This document shows, one piece after another, positions 1-10,683 of a stretch of DNA of 58,475 bases; the first letter of the stretch is position 1; each line of letters starts with the position of its first letter. The stretch is from Deltaproteobacteria bacterium. Lineage in GTDB: Bacteria > Myxococcota_A > UBA9042 > PHBI01. The notes beneath the pieces were generated by a model that was given only the letters and a program-made list of their open reading frames with translations, did not search any database and was not told where the DNA came from. A program made the position numbers and the translations under genes. The stretch covers positions 1-58,475 of the forward strand of contig JAEUKJ010000179.1 in assembly GCA_016792665.1 (NCBI GenBank), in the 5' to 3' direction.

Positions 1-225
1 CCGCAGAGCGAGTGGGGGCTCGTGTCGATCGTGCACGAAGGGAGCACCGAGGAGATCGATCTCGGCGCCGTCGGAGGTCCCTTCACGGGGCCGTCGTGGC
101 GCCTCCTGACCGGCACGTATCGGGTGCGCTACGAGCGCAGCAGCACGTACACCTGGCGCGAGGGCATCCTCGCCCCGGAGAACAAGGCGGCCGCGATCGG
201 GTGCTTCGAGCTCGTCGGGCCGTGA
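1..225 (+). CDS. 3' end of a hypothetical protein (truncated by window start)
   Basis: Frame 1 is open from base 1 (PQSEWGLVSIVHEG...CFELVGP) to TGA at 223-225, with GC-rich third positions. Confidence 0.65.
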   Translation, partial: PQSEWGLVSIVHEGSTEEIDLGAVGGPFTGPSWRLLTGTYRVRYERSSTYTWREGILAPENKAAAIGCFELVGP

Positions 226-252
226 GCCCGAGCCAAGGGGCTCGAGCCAATA

Positions 253-296
253 CTTCGATGGTCATCGAAGGATGATTCGATGGCCATCGAAGGATG
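253..296. repeat. Two tandem palindromes, TTCGATGG(T/C)CATCGAAGGATG, 22-bp period
   Basis: Copies at 254-274 and 276-296; the second core TTCGATGGCCATCGAA is a perfect 16-bp palindrome. Confidence 0.85.
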
Positions 297-305
297 CAGC
301 GACGA

Positions 306-483
306 CTCTCTCAAGCGACGCCGCAGATCGCCCTTTTTCAGCTGAGCAGCGAGCTCAAAAAGGGTCAGATGCAAGGAGCTCGAGAGACAAGGAGCGAGGC
401 GGGCTCGGGGCCCACGGGACCTGCGGCCCCGCACCCCGCGTCGAGCTCTCCAAGCGACGCCGCAGATCGCCCTTTTTCAGCTC
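306..483. repeat. 32-bp direct repeat plus long imperfect hairpin (REP/MITE-like or bidirectional terminator)
   Basis: CAAGCGACGCCGCAGATCGCCCTTTTTCAGCT at 312-343 and 451-482; inverted arm GAGCTCAAAAAGGG at 351-364. Lies between convergent genes. Confidence 0.75.
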
Positions 484-1310
484 GCTGCAGTGCGGCGTGA
501 GGCGACGAGGATGAGGCGCGGCGACCCCAGACCATAGTCCGAGCCGTCGGTGTCGTCGGCCAGGGCCTCGACGTCGAAGCCGGCCTGGTCGACGAGGTCC
601 AGGAGCTCGCGCGTGGTGAGGCACCAGTGCGCGTAGCGGCGGGTGGTCGTGGCCCCGGTCGCATCGGTGAAGGCGTAGGTGCCGACGACGCGGCTCGCCT
701 CGATGTCGTAGTCGTTGTCGATGGTGACGCGCACGCCGCCGGCGGCGAGGTCGATCTGCTCTTCGAAGTGCGAGAGGAAGCTCTCGGCGACCATCGCGTC
801 ATCGAGGACGATGCGGCCCCCGGGGACGACGAGGCGCGCGAGGTCGTCCAGGAAGACGGCGAGCTCGTCCGGGGGGAAGTAGGCGAGCGTGTTGCCGAAG
901 CAGTAGGCGCCGTCGAAGGGGGCCGTGGGCTGGAAGGACTCGAGGTCGCGGAGGTCGTGGGTGACCGTCGTGACCGGGAGCTTGCCGGGCTTGGCGGCGG
1001 CGGCGAGGTGGCCGAGCTCGGCGGCCGAGAGGTCGACGGCCGTGACGTGGAAGCCGCGGCGCGCGAGGCCGAGGGCGTGACGGCCGGCGCCCGAGCCGAG
1101 GTCGAGGAGGCGCTTGGGGGTCTTGTCGGCGTGGATCGCCGAGGGGCCGAAGGCGTCGGCCAGGTAGGCGACCTCCTCCTGGGTCATCTCGGGCGGGACG
1201 AGGTGGCGCCAGAGCTCGTGGACGGGCCCCTCGAAGAAGGCGGTCGCGTCGTCGAGGGGGAGGTCTTCGAGCTCGAGGTCGTCGTGGGACGTCGTGGGCG
1301 TGTTGGACAT
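477..1310 (-). CDS. Class I SAM-dependent methyltransferase
   Basis: Motif I LLDLGSGAGRH, VTAVDLS, FDGAYCFGN, PGGRIVLD. Start moved to ATG at 1310. Confidence 0.9.
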   Translation of the reverse strand: MSNTPTTSHDDLELEDLPLDDATAFFEGPVHELWRHLVPPEMTQEEVAYLADAFGPSAIHADKTPKRLLDLGSGAGRHALGLARRGFHVTAVDLSAAELGHLAAAAKPGKLPVTTVTHDLRDLESFQPTAPFDGAYCFGNTLAYFPPDELAVFLDDLARLVVPGGRIVLDDAMVAESFLSHFEEQIDLAAGGVRVTIDNDYDIEASRVVGTYAFTDATGATTTRRYAHWCLTTRELLDLVDQAGFDVEALADDTDGSDYGLGSPRLILVASRRTAAS

Positions 1311-1437
1311 GGGGCGCGGGGTAGCGCGAGGGCGGGTCCGCCGCAACGACAATCGGGACCCGGGGGTGTCGCGGCGAGCGCGCGGCCTGGGTGGCAGGCC
1401 TTGGCCGTGGGCCCATCGGAGCTGCGCGTTTCGAGGG

Positions 1438-1454
1438 GTGAACAGGTGTTCAGA
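1438..1454 (+). promoter_or_regulatory. Putative LexA (SOS) box upstream of uvrA
   Basis: TGAAC-AGGT-GTTCA palindrome: GAAC-N4-GTTC core with the GTTCAG half-site described for Myxococcus LexA. About 60 bp upstream of the uvrA ATG. Confidence 0.65.
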
Positions 1455-1513
1455 TTGTCATTGCCTTTCTCGGAACGGCGCGTAGGATGCGGCGTTCGCA
1501 TGGGGTAGGCGGC

Positions 1514-4500
1514 ATGATTCGAATCCACGGGGCGCGTCAGAACAACCTCCAGAACGTCGACGTGGCGATCCCGCGCGGCAAGCTCACGGTCGTGACCGGC
1601 GTGTCCGGCTCGGGCAAGAGCTCGCTCGCCTTCGACACGTTGTATGCCGAGGGGCAGCGCAGATACGTCGAGAGCTTCTCGACCTATGCGCGGCAGTTCC
1701 TCGAGCGGATGGATCGGCCGGACGTCGATCGGATCGACGGGCTCTTGCCGGCGGTCGCGCTCGAGCAGAAGAACACCATTCGATCGTCGCGCTCGACGCT
1801 CGGGACGCTCACCGAGCTGACCGACTACTTGAAGGTCCTGTTCGCGCGCACGGCCGAGCTGTTCTGCCCCACGTGCGGCGAGCGGGTCGTGCCCGATCAC
1901 CCCAGCGTCGCGGCCGACCGCGCCATCGAGGCCCATGCCGGCAAGCGCGCGCTGGTGACTTTTCCGTTCGCGGCCGGGCGCGGCAAGGACGCCGAGCTGG
2001 CGACCCGCTTCCTCGTGCAGCAGGGCTATCGGCGCGTGCTCCGGAAGGGCAAGGTGGTCGAGCTCGACGACACGGCGCCCGCATTGACCGGCACCGAAGA
2101 GGTCGTGGTCGATCGCCTGGTGGTGAGCCAGGACGAGAAGGCGCGCCTGGTCGAGTCGATCGAGACGGCCTATCGGCTCGCCGACGGCGTGGCCCACCTG
2201 TATGTCGACCAGGGCGAGGCGGGGTTCTCGAAGGCGATCCTGAACCGCGATCGCAAGCACTGCGGGCAGACCTTCGATGCGCCGAGCGAGGGGCTGTTCT
2301 CGTTCTCGAGCCCGATCGGTGCGTGCGAGGCGTGCAAGGGCTTCGGGCGCGTGCTCGACATCGACATGAACCGCGTGGTGCCGGACGTGCGGCGCTCGCT
2401 CGGGGTCGGGGCCGTCGAGCCGTGGTGGACGGCGGGGCGCGCGGCCGAGCGGCGGGCCCTGGAAGAGGCGTGCAAGGCGGCCGGCGTGTCGCTCAATGTC
2501 CCGTGGGAGCGGCTGTCTGACGAAGACCGCACCTTCGTGCTGGAGGGCACGGGCAAGAAAGCGAAGGGCTGGAAGGGCGTGCGCGGGTGGTTCAAGGCCC
2601 TCGAGCAGAAGACCTACAAGATGCACGTGCGCATCTTCCTCGCGCACTATCGGGCCTATGTGCCGTGCATGACGTGCGGCGGGTCGCGGCTGAAGCCCAG
2701 CGTGCGGTGGTGGAAGCTCAACGGGCGGACCCTGCCCGAGGTGCTGGGCTTGACGGTGAGCGAGGCGTGGGGCTGGGTGACGACGCTGCCGGACTCGGCG
2801 CGGTCGCGGGCCCTGGCGCCGGTCTCGACGCAGCTGGCCGATCGTCTCGGGTACCTCGAGCGCGTCGGGCTCGGGTACCTGAACCTCGATCGTCAGGCGC
2901 GGACCCTGTCGGGTGGCGAGGTGCAGCGCGCGAACCTGACGACGACGCTCGGCAGTGGGCTGGTCAATACGCTGTTCGTGCTGGACGAGCCGACGGTCGG
3001 GCTGCACGCGGCCGACTCGGAGCGGCTGGCCGATGTGTTGAGCGAGCTCGTGCGGCGCGACAACACGGTGGTCCTGGTCGAGCACGATCCCGATGTCCTG
3101 CGGGTCGCCGACCATGTGATCGAGATGGGGCCGGGGCCAGGCAAGGATGGCGGCAAGGTCGTCTACGAGGGGACGCCGCAGGCGTTTCGTGGGGTCGTCG
3201 GGTCGCCCACGCTGGAGGCCCTGGACGCGCTCGCCAAGCCGCGCAAGGCCGCGACCAAGGCGCGACGGCTGGAGGTGGACGCGGCGTTGGTCATCAAGAA
3301 TGCGCGGGCTTGGAACCTGAAGGGCATCGACGTGAGCTTCCCGCGTGGAGCGCTGTCGGTGGTGACGGGCGTGTCGGGGTCGGGCAAGTCGACCTTGATG
3401 GACGACGTGCTCTATCGCGGTGTCCTGAGGAAGCAGGGGCGCACGACGGAGACGCCGGGGCTGTGCGATGCGATCGAGGGCCTCGAGCACTTCTCGGAGG
3501 TCGTCTGGATCGATCAGTCGCCGCCGCAGGCGAGCTCGCGCGCGAACCCGGTGACCTATGTCGGGGCGTGGGATCACTTCCGCGGGCTGTTCGCGCGGAC
3601 AGACGATGCGAAGGCGCGCGGCTACACGCCGACGACGTTCTCGTTCAACACGGGCGAGGGGCGGTGCCCGGCGTGTGAGGGCAGCGGGGTCGAGACGGTC
3701 GAGATGCAGTTCCTGGCCGACGTGAGCCTCGCGTGTGAGGTGTGCGAGGGTCGACGCTTCAAGCCCGAGGTGCTGGACGTGCGCTGGAACGGGCGCAACG
3801 TGGCCGAGGTCCTCGACCTGACGATCGACGAGGCCGTGCCGATGTTGAACGCCAAGCTGCAGGCGACGTCGGCCTTGCGCAGCTTGCAGGACGTGGGGCT
3901 CGGGTATCTGCGCCTGGGGCAGCCGCTCTCGACGTTGTCGGGCGGTGAGGCACAGCGGCTCAAGCTGGCCGAGCACCTGGCCAGTCGGAAAAAGCACGTG
4001 CTGTTCCTGCTGGATGAGCCGACCACGGGCCTGCACCTGAAGGATGTCGAGCGGCTCAACGGGGTGATGAGGCGGCTCGTCGAGGTCGGCGAGCACACCG
4101 TGATCTGCGTCGAGCATCACCTCGATGTGATCGCGGCGGCCGACCACGTGATCGATCTCGGACCCGGCGGCGGCGTGCACGGTGGCAATCTCCTCTTCGC
4201 CGGACCGCCGGGGTTGCTGGCCCGAGAAGAGAGTGCCACGGGCACCCATCTCAGGCGTTGGTTGGCGGGCGTGAAGCCGCTGGCGCGCGACGGGGTGGCG
4301 GACGTGGGGCTCGCGTATGATGCCCCGCGCGAGGGGTGGATCAGTGTCGAAGGCGCGCGCACGCACAACCTGAAGTCGATCGATGTGCGCCTGCCGCGGA
4401 GTGGGCGCACGGTGGTGTCGGGGGTGTCGGGCTCGGGCAAGTCGACGCTGGTCTTCGACATCATCTTTTCCGAGGGGCAGCGCCGCTTCCTCGATTGTCT

Positions 4501-6871
4501 GTCCGCGTACGCGCGGCAGTTCATCGAGCAGCTCGCCAAGCCCGAGGCGGACCGCATCGAGGGCATCCCGCCGACGGTCGCCATCGAGCAGCGGACGACG
4601 CGCGGAGGCTCGCGCTCGAACGTGGCGAACGTGACCGAGATCGAGCCGTTCCTGCGGATCTTGTGGGCGCGCCTGGGGACCATCCCGGGGGCCGGGATCT
4701 CGGGCGGACTCACGATCGAGGCGCTGGCCACGCACCTCCGCGCCGTGGACCCGAAGACGCCGGTGCACGTGTGCGCGCCGATCGTGCAGGCGCGGCAGGG
4801 GCTGCACCTGGACGTGTTGGCGCGCGCGCGGCGCGAGGGCTACCGCGTCATCGTCAATGGAGAGGAAGCCGATCCGGCGACGCTCCCGCGGCTGAGGAAG
4901 AAGCAGCACCACGACATCGACTTCATCATCCGGACGGTCGCGCCGAAGTCGAAGGACTTCGTAGACGTCCTGGAAGAGGCGGCGGCGCTCGGCAAGAGCC
5001 AGGTGAAGATCGCCGGGGCGGAGCGCGCGGCCAAGGTCTTCCAGGTGGTCGGGGTCGGGCTGGACGCGGCGCTGGGGCGCTCGGACAGCGGCTTCGACCC
5101 GCGCTACTTCTCGCCGCGCACGACGCTGGGGCGCTGCGAGTCGTGCGAGGGCTGGGGCGTCTACGACGACGGGACGACGTGTGGAGAGTGCCACGGGTGC
5201 CGGCTCGGGCCGATCGGGCGGAGCGTCATCTTCGGCGGCAAGGCCTTCCCCGAGGTGATGGAGTACACGGCGCCGGGGGTGCTGGCGTTCTTGGAGGCGA
5301 TGGCGCTGACGACGCGCGAAGCGAAGATCGCCGAGGGGCCGTTGAAGGCGGTGCGCGAGCGGGTCGAGTTCCTCGAAGAGGTCGGGCTCGGCTACCTGCA
5401 GCTGAACCGCGCGGTGCGGACCCTGTCGGGCGGCGAGGCGCAGCGCATCCGGCTCGCGGCGCAGCTCGGCGCGCACCTCTCCGGGGTGCTCTACGTGCTG
5501 GACGAGCCGACCATCGGCCTCCACCCGACCGACACGATTCGCCTCTTGAAGACGCTGGACGACCTCGAGGCGCGCGGCAACGGCATCTTGATGGTCGAGC
5601 ACGACGAGATGACCCTGCGCACGGCCGACGTGCTCATCGATATCGGGCCGGGTGCCGGTGTCGAGGGCGGCGAGGTCTTGGCGCAGGGGCCGATCGCGGA
5701 CGTGCTCGCGAACCCGCGCTCGATCACCGGGCGCTGCCTGGCGGCGCCGCGTGGCAAGGTGCGTGAAGAGCCGCGCGAGCTCGACGACGCGGACTGGATC
5801 GAGCTCACCGGGATCCGGCATCACTCGCTCGACGGGGTCGACGTGAAGGTGCCGCGCGGGCGACTGACGGTGGTCAGCGGGGTGTCGGGGTCGGGCAAGT
5901 CGAGCCTGGTCGAGGTCCTGACCAAGGCGGTCACCGGGGAGCGCGGGGACGGCACGTGGAAGAAGAAGAAGGGGACCGACGGGCTCGAGACGCTGATCGA
6001 GATCGACGACCAGCCGATCGGCAAGAACCCGCGCTCGACCCCGGCGACCTACGTCGGCCTCTGGGATGACGTGCGGACGATGTTCGCGGCGCACCCCGAG
6101 TCGAAGGTGCGCGGCTACGATCGCAGTCGCTTCAGCTTCAACGTCGCGGGCGGGCGGTGTGAGGCGTGCGCCGGGGCCGGGACGGTGACGCTCGAGATGA
6201 GCTTCCTGCCCGACGCGTATGTCGCGTGCGGGGTGTGCGGCGGGACGCGCTACGCACCGCAGACGCTGCAGGTGCGGTGGGAGGGGCACTCGGTCCACGA
6301 CGTCCTGCAGATGCCGGTGCGCGATGCGCTGGTGGTGTTCGATCGGCTGGCGAAGATCAAAGAGAAGCTCGCGATGTTGGACGATGTCGGGCTCGGTTAC
6401 CTGACGCTGGGGCAGGGGTCGCCCACCTTGAGCGGAGGCGAGGCGCAGCGCATCAAGCTGGTCACGCACCTCGCGGGGCGTGGGCAGCCCAAGACGGTCT
6501 TGATCCTGGACGAGCCGTCGATCGGTCTGCACATGGCGGACGTGCCGAAGCTGCTCGAAGTCCTGCATCGGCTGGTCGACAAGGGCGCGACCGTGATCGT
6601 GGTCGAGCACAACCCAGACATCATGCGCGAGGCCGACTGGATCATCGACATGGGGCCGGGCCCTGGCGCGGCGGGCGGCAAGGTCGTCTACCAGGGGCCG
6701 TACGAAGGGCTGGTCGGACTCGTCGGGTCGAAGACGGGCGAGTACCTGGCCGGCGAGATCGGCGCGAAGCCAAAGGCGAAGGCGCGCGAGGCGACCAAGG
6801 CGCCGCGGACGAAGCGGGCGGCTGGACGCGGGGCGGCGGCGACGCGGGCGGCCATGGCGGGTGGGGCTTAG
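1514..6871 (+). CDS. uvrA: Excinuclease ABC subunit A, double-length (two fused UvrA units, four ABC domains)
   Basis: Four Walker A GVSGSGKS motifs, four LSGGE signatures, four LDEP Walker B motifs, UvrA-specific [11 protein letters not shown] and several CxxC zinc modules. Confidence 0.95.
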   Translation: MIRIHGARQNNLQNVDVAIPRGKLTVVTGVSGSGKSSLAFDTLYAEGQRRYVESFSTYARQFLERMDRPDVDRIDGLLPAVALEQKNTIRSSRSTLGTLTELTDYLKVLFARTAELFCPTCGERVVPDHPSVAADRAIEAHAGKRALVTFPFAAGRGKDAELATRFLVQQGYRRVLRKGKVVELDDTAPALTGTEEVVVDRLVVSQDEKARLVESIETAYRLADGVAHLYVDQGEAGFSKAILNRDRKHCGQTFDAPSEGLFSFSSPIGACEACKGFGRVLDIDMNRVVPDVRRSLGVGAVEPWWTAGRAAERRALEEACKAAGVSLNVPWERLSDEDRTFVLEGTGKKAKGWKGVRGWFKALEQKTYKMHVRIFLAHYRAYVPCMTCGGSRLKPSVRWWKLNGRTLPEVLGLTVSEAWGWVTTLPDSARSRALAPVSTQLADRLGYLERVGLGYLNLDRQARTLSGGEVQRANLTTTLGSGLVNTLFVLDEPTVGLHAADSERLADVLSELVRRDNTVVLVEHDPDVLRVADHVIEMGPGPGKDGGKVVYEGTPQAFRGVVGSPTLEALDALAKPRKAATKARRLEVDAALVIKNARAWNLKGIDVSFPRGALSVVTGVSGSGKSTLMDDVLYRGVLRKQGRTTETPGLCDAIEGLEHFSEVVWIDQSPPQASSRANPVTYVGAWDHFRGLFARTDDAKARGYTPTTFSFNTGEGRCPACEGSGVETVEMQFLADVSLACEVCEGRRFKPEVLDVRWNGRNVAEVLDLTIDEAVPMLNAKLQATSALRSLQDVGLGYLRLGQPLSTLSGGEAQRLKLAEHLASRKKHVLFLLDEPTTGLHLKDVERLNGVMRRLVEVGEHTVICVEHHLDVIAAADHVIDLGPGGGVHGGNLLFAGPPGLLAREESATGTHLRRWLAGVKPLARDGVADVGLAYDAPREGWISVEGARTHNLKSIDVRLPRSGRTVVSGVSGSGKSTLVFDIIFSEGQRRFLDCLSAYARQFIEQLAKPEADRIEGIPPTVAIEQRTTRGGSRSNVANVTEIEPFLRILWARLGTIPGAGISGGLTIEALATHLRAVDPKTPVHVCAPIVQARQGLHLDVLARARREGYRVIVNGEEADPATLPRLRKKQHHDIDFIIRTVAPKSKDFVDVLEEAAALGKSQVKIAGAERAAKVFQVVGVGLDAALGRSDSGFDPRYFSPRTTLGRCESCEGWGVYDDGTTCGECHGCRLGPIGRSVIFGGKAFPEVMEYTAPGVLAFLEAMALTTREAKIAEGPLKAVRERVEFLEEVGLGYLQLNRAVRTLSGGEAQRIRLAAQLGAHLSGVLYVLDEPTIGLHPTDTIRLLKTLDDLEARGNGILMVEHDEMTLRTADVLIDIGPGAGVEGGEVLAQGPIADVLANPRSITGRCLAAPRGKVREEPRELDDADWIELTGIRHHSLDGVDVKVPRGRLTVVSGVSGSGKSSLVEVLTKAVTGERGDGTWKKKKGTDGLETLIEIDDQPIGKNPRSTPATYVGLWDDVRTMFAAHPESKVRGYDRSRFSFNVAGGRCEACAGAGTVTLEMSFLPDAYVACGVCGGTRYAPQTLQVRWEGHSVHDVLQMPVRDALVVFDRLAKIKEKLAMLDDVGLGYLTLGQGSPTLSGGEAQRIKLVTHLAGRGQPKTVLILDEPSIGLHMADVPKLLEVLHRLVDKGATVIVVEHNPDIMREADWIIDMGPGPGAAGGKVVYQGPYEGLVGLVGSKTGEYLAGEIGAKPKAKAREATKAPRTKRAAGRGAAATRAAMAGGA

Positions 6872-6970
6872 GAAGCCCGGCTGCACGGGGCGGGTGCGAT
6901 GCGGCCCGGGTCGGATTGAGTGCGGGGCCGCTGTCGGGTAGTCTCGTGTGGCAAATCACGCGAGGGCTTC

Positions 6971-9526
6971 ATGCGGAACTCCCGAAACTCGTCGTTCTCC
7001 TCGGTCGCGTCGTTGTCGAAGGTGGGCGTCCTGGGGTGCGTGGTCGCGCTGGCCGCGTGCGATGGTGGGGCGGCGATCGAGTCGGTCGACTGGCGCGGAC
7101 TCGAGGCGCGGATCAAGGCCGTCGAGGACGAGAACGCGACGCTCAAGGCGCAGCTCGCCGACAAGGTCGAGGCCAGCGCGCTGTCCGGCTACGCGACGAG
7201 CGAGGACGTGGCGGCCTGCGCCAAGGCGAGTGACCTGGAAGACGTCGTGAGGACGAGCGATCTCGCGACCTACCTGACCGAGGCCGACCTCGCGGGCTAC
7301 GCTACCGCCGAGGCGGTCGCGGCCTGCGCGACCAAGGCCGAGCTCGAGGGCTACGCCACCGACCAGGAGGTCACCGCGCTCAGCACCCAGCTCGCAACCT
7401 TCGTGACCCGGCCCGAGCTCACGACCACGCTGACCGACTACGCCAAGACCTCCGCGCTCGCAGCCTACGCCACCAAGGCCGAGCTCGCCGACTACGCCAA
7501 GACCTCCGCGCTCGCGGCCTATGCCACCAAGGCAGAGCTCGCCGACTACGCCAAGACCTCCGCGCTCGCAGCCTATGCCACCAAGGCCGAGCTCGCCGAC
7601 TACGCCAAGACCTCCGCGCTCGCAGCCTACGCCACCAAGGCCGAGCTCGCCGACTACGCCAAGACCTCCGCGCTCGCGGCCTACGCCACCAAGGCCGAGC
7701 TCGCCGACTACGCAAAGACCTCGGCGTTGGCCGGCTATGCCACCAACGCGCGGGTCGACGGGATCGCGGCCGCGGTCGCGGCGCTGAACGAGGACCTGGC
7801 CCCGCTCGAGATCGACGCGCTGCGCGTCCTGCGCGACGACACGACCAAGAACATCCCGGGGGACTTCGCGACCCTCGCCGACGCCTTCGCGTGGATCGAG
7901 GGCTACTCGATCGCCCAGGGCAAGACTGTCACCTTCAAGCTGGCCGACGGCACCTACACCTTCAACGCGCCGCTCGACATCGGATACCGCGACGGCGCCA
8001 AGGTGCGCATCGTCGGCAACGCGGCCGACGCCTCGAAGGTCGTGCTCTCGTTCCCGACCGGGCCTGGCCTGCGCGCGCGCTTCGGGCGACTCGGCTGGGT
8101 CGAGGGCGTCACCATTCGCGGCAATCGCGTGGACGGCTCGGTCGGCGTCGAGGCCCGCGAGACCGGCGCCATCCGCCTCGCCCCGGGCGTCGTGGTCGAG
8201 AACTTCGGCCGCACCGGGGTGCGCGCGCTGTTCAACGGCTATGTCCTGGCCGAGGGCGTCATCTCGAAGAACAACGTCGAGGATGGCTTCGCGGCGACCG
8301 ATGGCGGCTTTGTCTACGCGCCGGGCGCGACCGCGACGAACAACGGACGCCACGGCTTCGCGGCGCTCATCAACGGTGGCATCGAGGCGCGCAACGCCAT
8401 TGCGAACGACAACGGCGGGCACGGGTTCAACGCCTACCTCGGCTCGGCCCTCTATCTCGACGGCAGCAAGGCCGAGCGCAACGCGTTCGGGGGCTTCACG
8501 GCCTCGGACGCGGCGGGCCTGCGGGTCGCCAACGGCATCGCCAACGACAACGGCGAGCAGGGCTTCGGCGCCTTCATGAGCGCGTCGCTCTGGGCCGACG
8601 GCTCGAGCGCGACGTCGAACGGAGAGGCGGGCTACACGAGCGGCATCGCCGCCGGCCTGCGCGCGCGCAACGCGACCGCGACGAGCAACACCTTCACGGG
8701 CTTCGAGGCGTACCAGGGTGGCGCCGTGCAGGCGCAGGGGTCGCGCGCCATCACCACGCACGGCACGGGCTTTGGAGCCTACCTGAACGCCTCGATGCAG
8801 GCGCAGGGGTCGCTGGCTCAGGACAACGAGGGAAGCGGCTACGAGGTGTGGCTCGGCTCGGGCATGAACGCGCAGAACGCGGTGGCGACCGACAACGAGG
8901 GGTCGGGATTCTCGGCTGGGATCAACGGCGGCCTCGTCGCAGACCAGGCGCGCGCCAGCGGCAGCCTGTGGGGTGGCTTCGAGGCGTGGCTCTCGTCGGC
9001 CATCTCGGCCGACTCTGCCATCTCCGAGGACAACCAGGGCGGCTTCTCGGCCGGCATCGGCAGCGCCATGACGGCCAACGGCGCGCGGTCGACCTCGAGC
9101 CGCGGCAACGGCTTCGACGGCTGGATGTCGAGCGCCATCGACATGAGCGGCACCACCGTCGAGGACTCGGCGAACGCCGGTCTCTACGCGGGTGAGAACT
9201 GCTCGGTGAATGCCCAGTCGGCCGAGGTGATGGGCAGCGGCTGGGTGGGTCTCGGCGTCAACTACAGCTCTACTCTCAACGGCGACTTCGCGTACGTGCA
9301 CGACAACGGGAGCGACGGCATCCACTGCGCGGGCGGCGTGTGCCACGTGCGCAGCGCGCGCATCGAGAACAACAGCGGGGTCGGGCTGAACGTGTTCTGG
9401 ACGGGGTGGCTCGACGCCGCGCTGACCACGACCTCGGGCAACAACCCGAACACGTACATGCCCGTGAGCACGACGGACGGGATCTCGATCCTCTACGCCG
9501 ATCCCTTCTACAACCCGCAACCCTGA
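6971..9526 (+). CDS. Lipoprotein with tandem-repeat stalk and right-handed beta-helix (tailspike/pectin-lyase-like)
   Basis: Lipobox LAAC; coiled coil; 18-aa repeats; PGDFATLADAF...LADGTY cap; many ~23-aa N-x3-GF-x-A repeats. Confidence 0.75.
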   Translation: MRNSRNSSFSSVASLSKVGVLGCVVALAACDGGAAIESVDWRGLEARIKAVEDENATLKAQLADKVEASALSGYATSEDVAACAKASDLEDVVRTSDLATYLTEADLAGYATAEAVAACATKAELEGYATDQEVTALSTQLATFVTRPELTTTLTDYAKTSALAAYATKAELADYAKTSALAAYATKAELADYAKTSALAAYATKAELADYAKTSALAAYATKAELADYAKTSALAAYATKAELADYAKTSALAGYATNARVDGIAAAVAALNEDLAPLEIDALRVLRDDTTKNIPGDFATLADAFAWIEGYSIAQGKTVTFKLADGTYTFNAPLDIGYRDGAKVRIVGNAADASKVVLSFPTGPGLRARFGRLGWVEGVTIRGNRVDGSVGVEARETGAIRLAPGVVVENFGRTGVRALFNGYVLAEGVISKNNVEDGFAATDGGFVYAPGATATNNGRHGFAALINGGIEARNAIANDNGGHGFNAYLGSALYLDGSKAERNAFGGFTASDAAGLRVANGIANDNGEQGFGAFMSASLWADGSSATSNGEAGYTSGIAAGLRARNATATSNTFTGFEAYQGGAVQAQGSRAITTHGTGFGAYLNASMQAQGSLAQDNEGSGYEVWLGSGMNAQNAVATDNEGSGFSAGINGGLVADQARASGSLWGGFEAWLSSAISADSAISEDNQGGFSAGIGSAMTANGARSTSSRGNGFDGWMSSAIDMSGTTVEDSANAGLYAGENCSVNAQSAEVMGSGWVGLGVNYSSTLNGDFAYVHDNGSDGIHCAGGVCHVRSARIENNSGVGLNVFWTGWLDAALTTTSGNNPNTYMPVSTTDGISILYADPFYNPQP
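7436..7747 (+). repeat. 54-bp coding tandem repeat (DYAKTSALAAYATKAELA), five full copies and one partial
   Basis: Units start at 7436, 7490, 7544, 7598, 7652 and 7706. Confidence 0.95.
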
Positions 9527-9581
9527 CCGAGCCGCGCTGAGGTCACGATGTCGGCGCTGGCCTGGCGGTCGACGCCGATCG

Positions 9582-10649
9582 CTACACGGAGCCCGGCTTG
9601 GTGCGCGCGCAGGGTGAGGCGCCGAGCGGCTCGATCTGCACGGTCGCGTGCCCGATCCCGAAGCGGTCCTCGAGGTCGTGCTCGAGCCTGGCGAGAAAGG
9701 GCGGCGGGTAGGTCGCGCAGTCCATGGTGAGGTGCACGGTGAGGGCGATCTCGGTCGTGCTCATGGCCCAGACGTGGAGGTCGTGGACCGCCTCGACCCC
9801 GGGGAGGGCGCGCAGGAAGGCCTCGACCTGATCGAGCGAGATGCTCTTCGGCACGCCATCGAGTGAGAGGTGCAGCGAGTCGCGCAGGAGCCCCCACGTC
9901 CCCCAGAGCACGATGACCGACACGAGCAGGCTCGTCAGCGGGTCGACCCAGTCCCAGCTCGTCGTCCAGACGATGGCCCCGGCCACGATGACACCGGCCG
10001 AGACGGCGGCGTCGGCGATGAGGTGCAAGAACGCGCCGCGCAGGTTCGCGTCGCCCTTGCTGCCCTCGTAGAAGAAGAAGGCCGAGAGACCGTTGACCGC
10101 GACCCCGACGGCGGCGACCCACATCATCGTCGGCCCCTGCGGCTCGACGGTGCTGCCGAACCTGCCGATGGCCTCCCACGCGACGACCGCGACGGCACCC
10201 ACCAGGAGCAACGCGTTGGCGAGCGCGGCGAGCACCGTCGAGCGCCGGAGCCCGTAGGTGTGGATCGACGACGGGGCGCGGCGCGCAAGCGTGGCCGCCC
10301 CCCAGGCCAGGCCGAGCCCGAGCACGTCACCTGCATTGTGCGCGGCGTCGGCGAGGAGGGCCGAGGAGCTCGCGAGGATGCCGAAGACGACCTCGACCGC
10401 GACGAAGATGACGTTGAGTGTGATGCCGATCACGAACGCGCGGCCATGGTCGCCGGACGGCGGCCCATGCGCGTGACCATGCCCCGACGCATGCGCGTGA
10501 CCCGACGCATGGGCGTGACCGTGACCCGACGCATGCGCGTGACCCGACGCAGGGGCGTGACCCGACGCATGGGCGTGGCCCGACGTGTGCGCGTGACCGT
10601 GCGCGTGGCCGTGCGCGTGACCCGACGAAGGCGCGTGGGGGTGGCTCAT
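9582..10649 (-). CDS. Cation diffusion facilitator (CzcD/ZitB-like Zn/Co/Cd exporter) with His-rich N-terminus
   Basis: ALLADAAHNAGD, AFLHLIAD, VHDLHVW, HATVQIE motifs; N-terminal GHAHAS repeats. Confidence 0.93.
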   Translation of the reverse strand: MSHPHAPSSGHAHGHAHGHAHTSGHAHASGHAPASGHAHASGHGHAHASGHAHASGHGHAHGPPSGDHGRAFVIGITLNVIFVAVEVVFGILASSSALLADAAHNAGDVLGLGLAWGAATLARRAPSSIHTYGLRRSTVLAALANALLLVGAVAVVAWEAIGRFGSTVEPQGPTMMWVAAVGVAVNGLSAFFFYEGSKGDANLRGAFLHLIADAAVSAGVIVAGAIVWTTSWDWVDPLTSLLVSVIVLWGTWGLLRDSLHLSLDGVPKSISLDQVEAFLRALPGVEAVHDLHVWAMSTTEIALTVHLTMDCATYPPPFLARLEHDLEDRFGIGHATVQIEPLGASPCARTKPGSV

Positions 10650-10683
10650 GCGGGGTCGATCCGGGCCGCGGCGAGGGTGCGCG

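Noticed and set aside
312-482. 32-bp direct repeat as a mini-CRISPR
   Set aside because: Only two copies, 107 bp apart, with no cas genes.
1184-6886. 1900-aa antisense ORF, and similar long shadow ORFs (6956-9520, 15869-19972, 28872-31433, 42950-45883, 51789-54869)
   Set aside because: They lie opposite clear genes, are Arg/Gly/Pro-rich without motifs, and are expected from high-GC codon bias.
7436-7747. Regular repeats resembling a CRISPR array
   Set aside because: No unique spacers, unit length is a multiple of 3, they are in frame inside a gene, and there are no cas genes.
6920-9526. Prophage remnant
   Set aside because: Only one tail-like protein, and it has a lipoprotein signal; no integrase, capsid, terminase or att sites seen.
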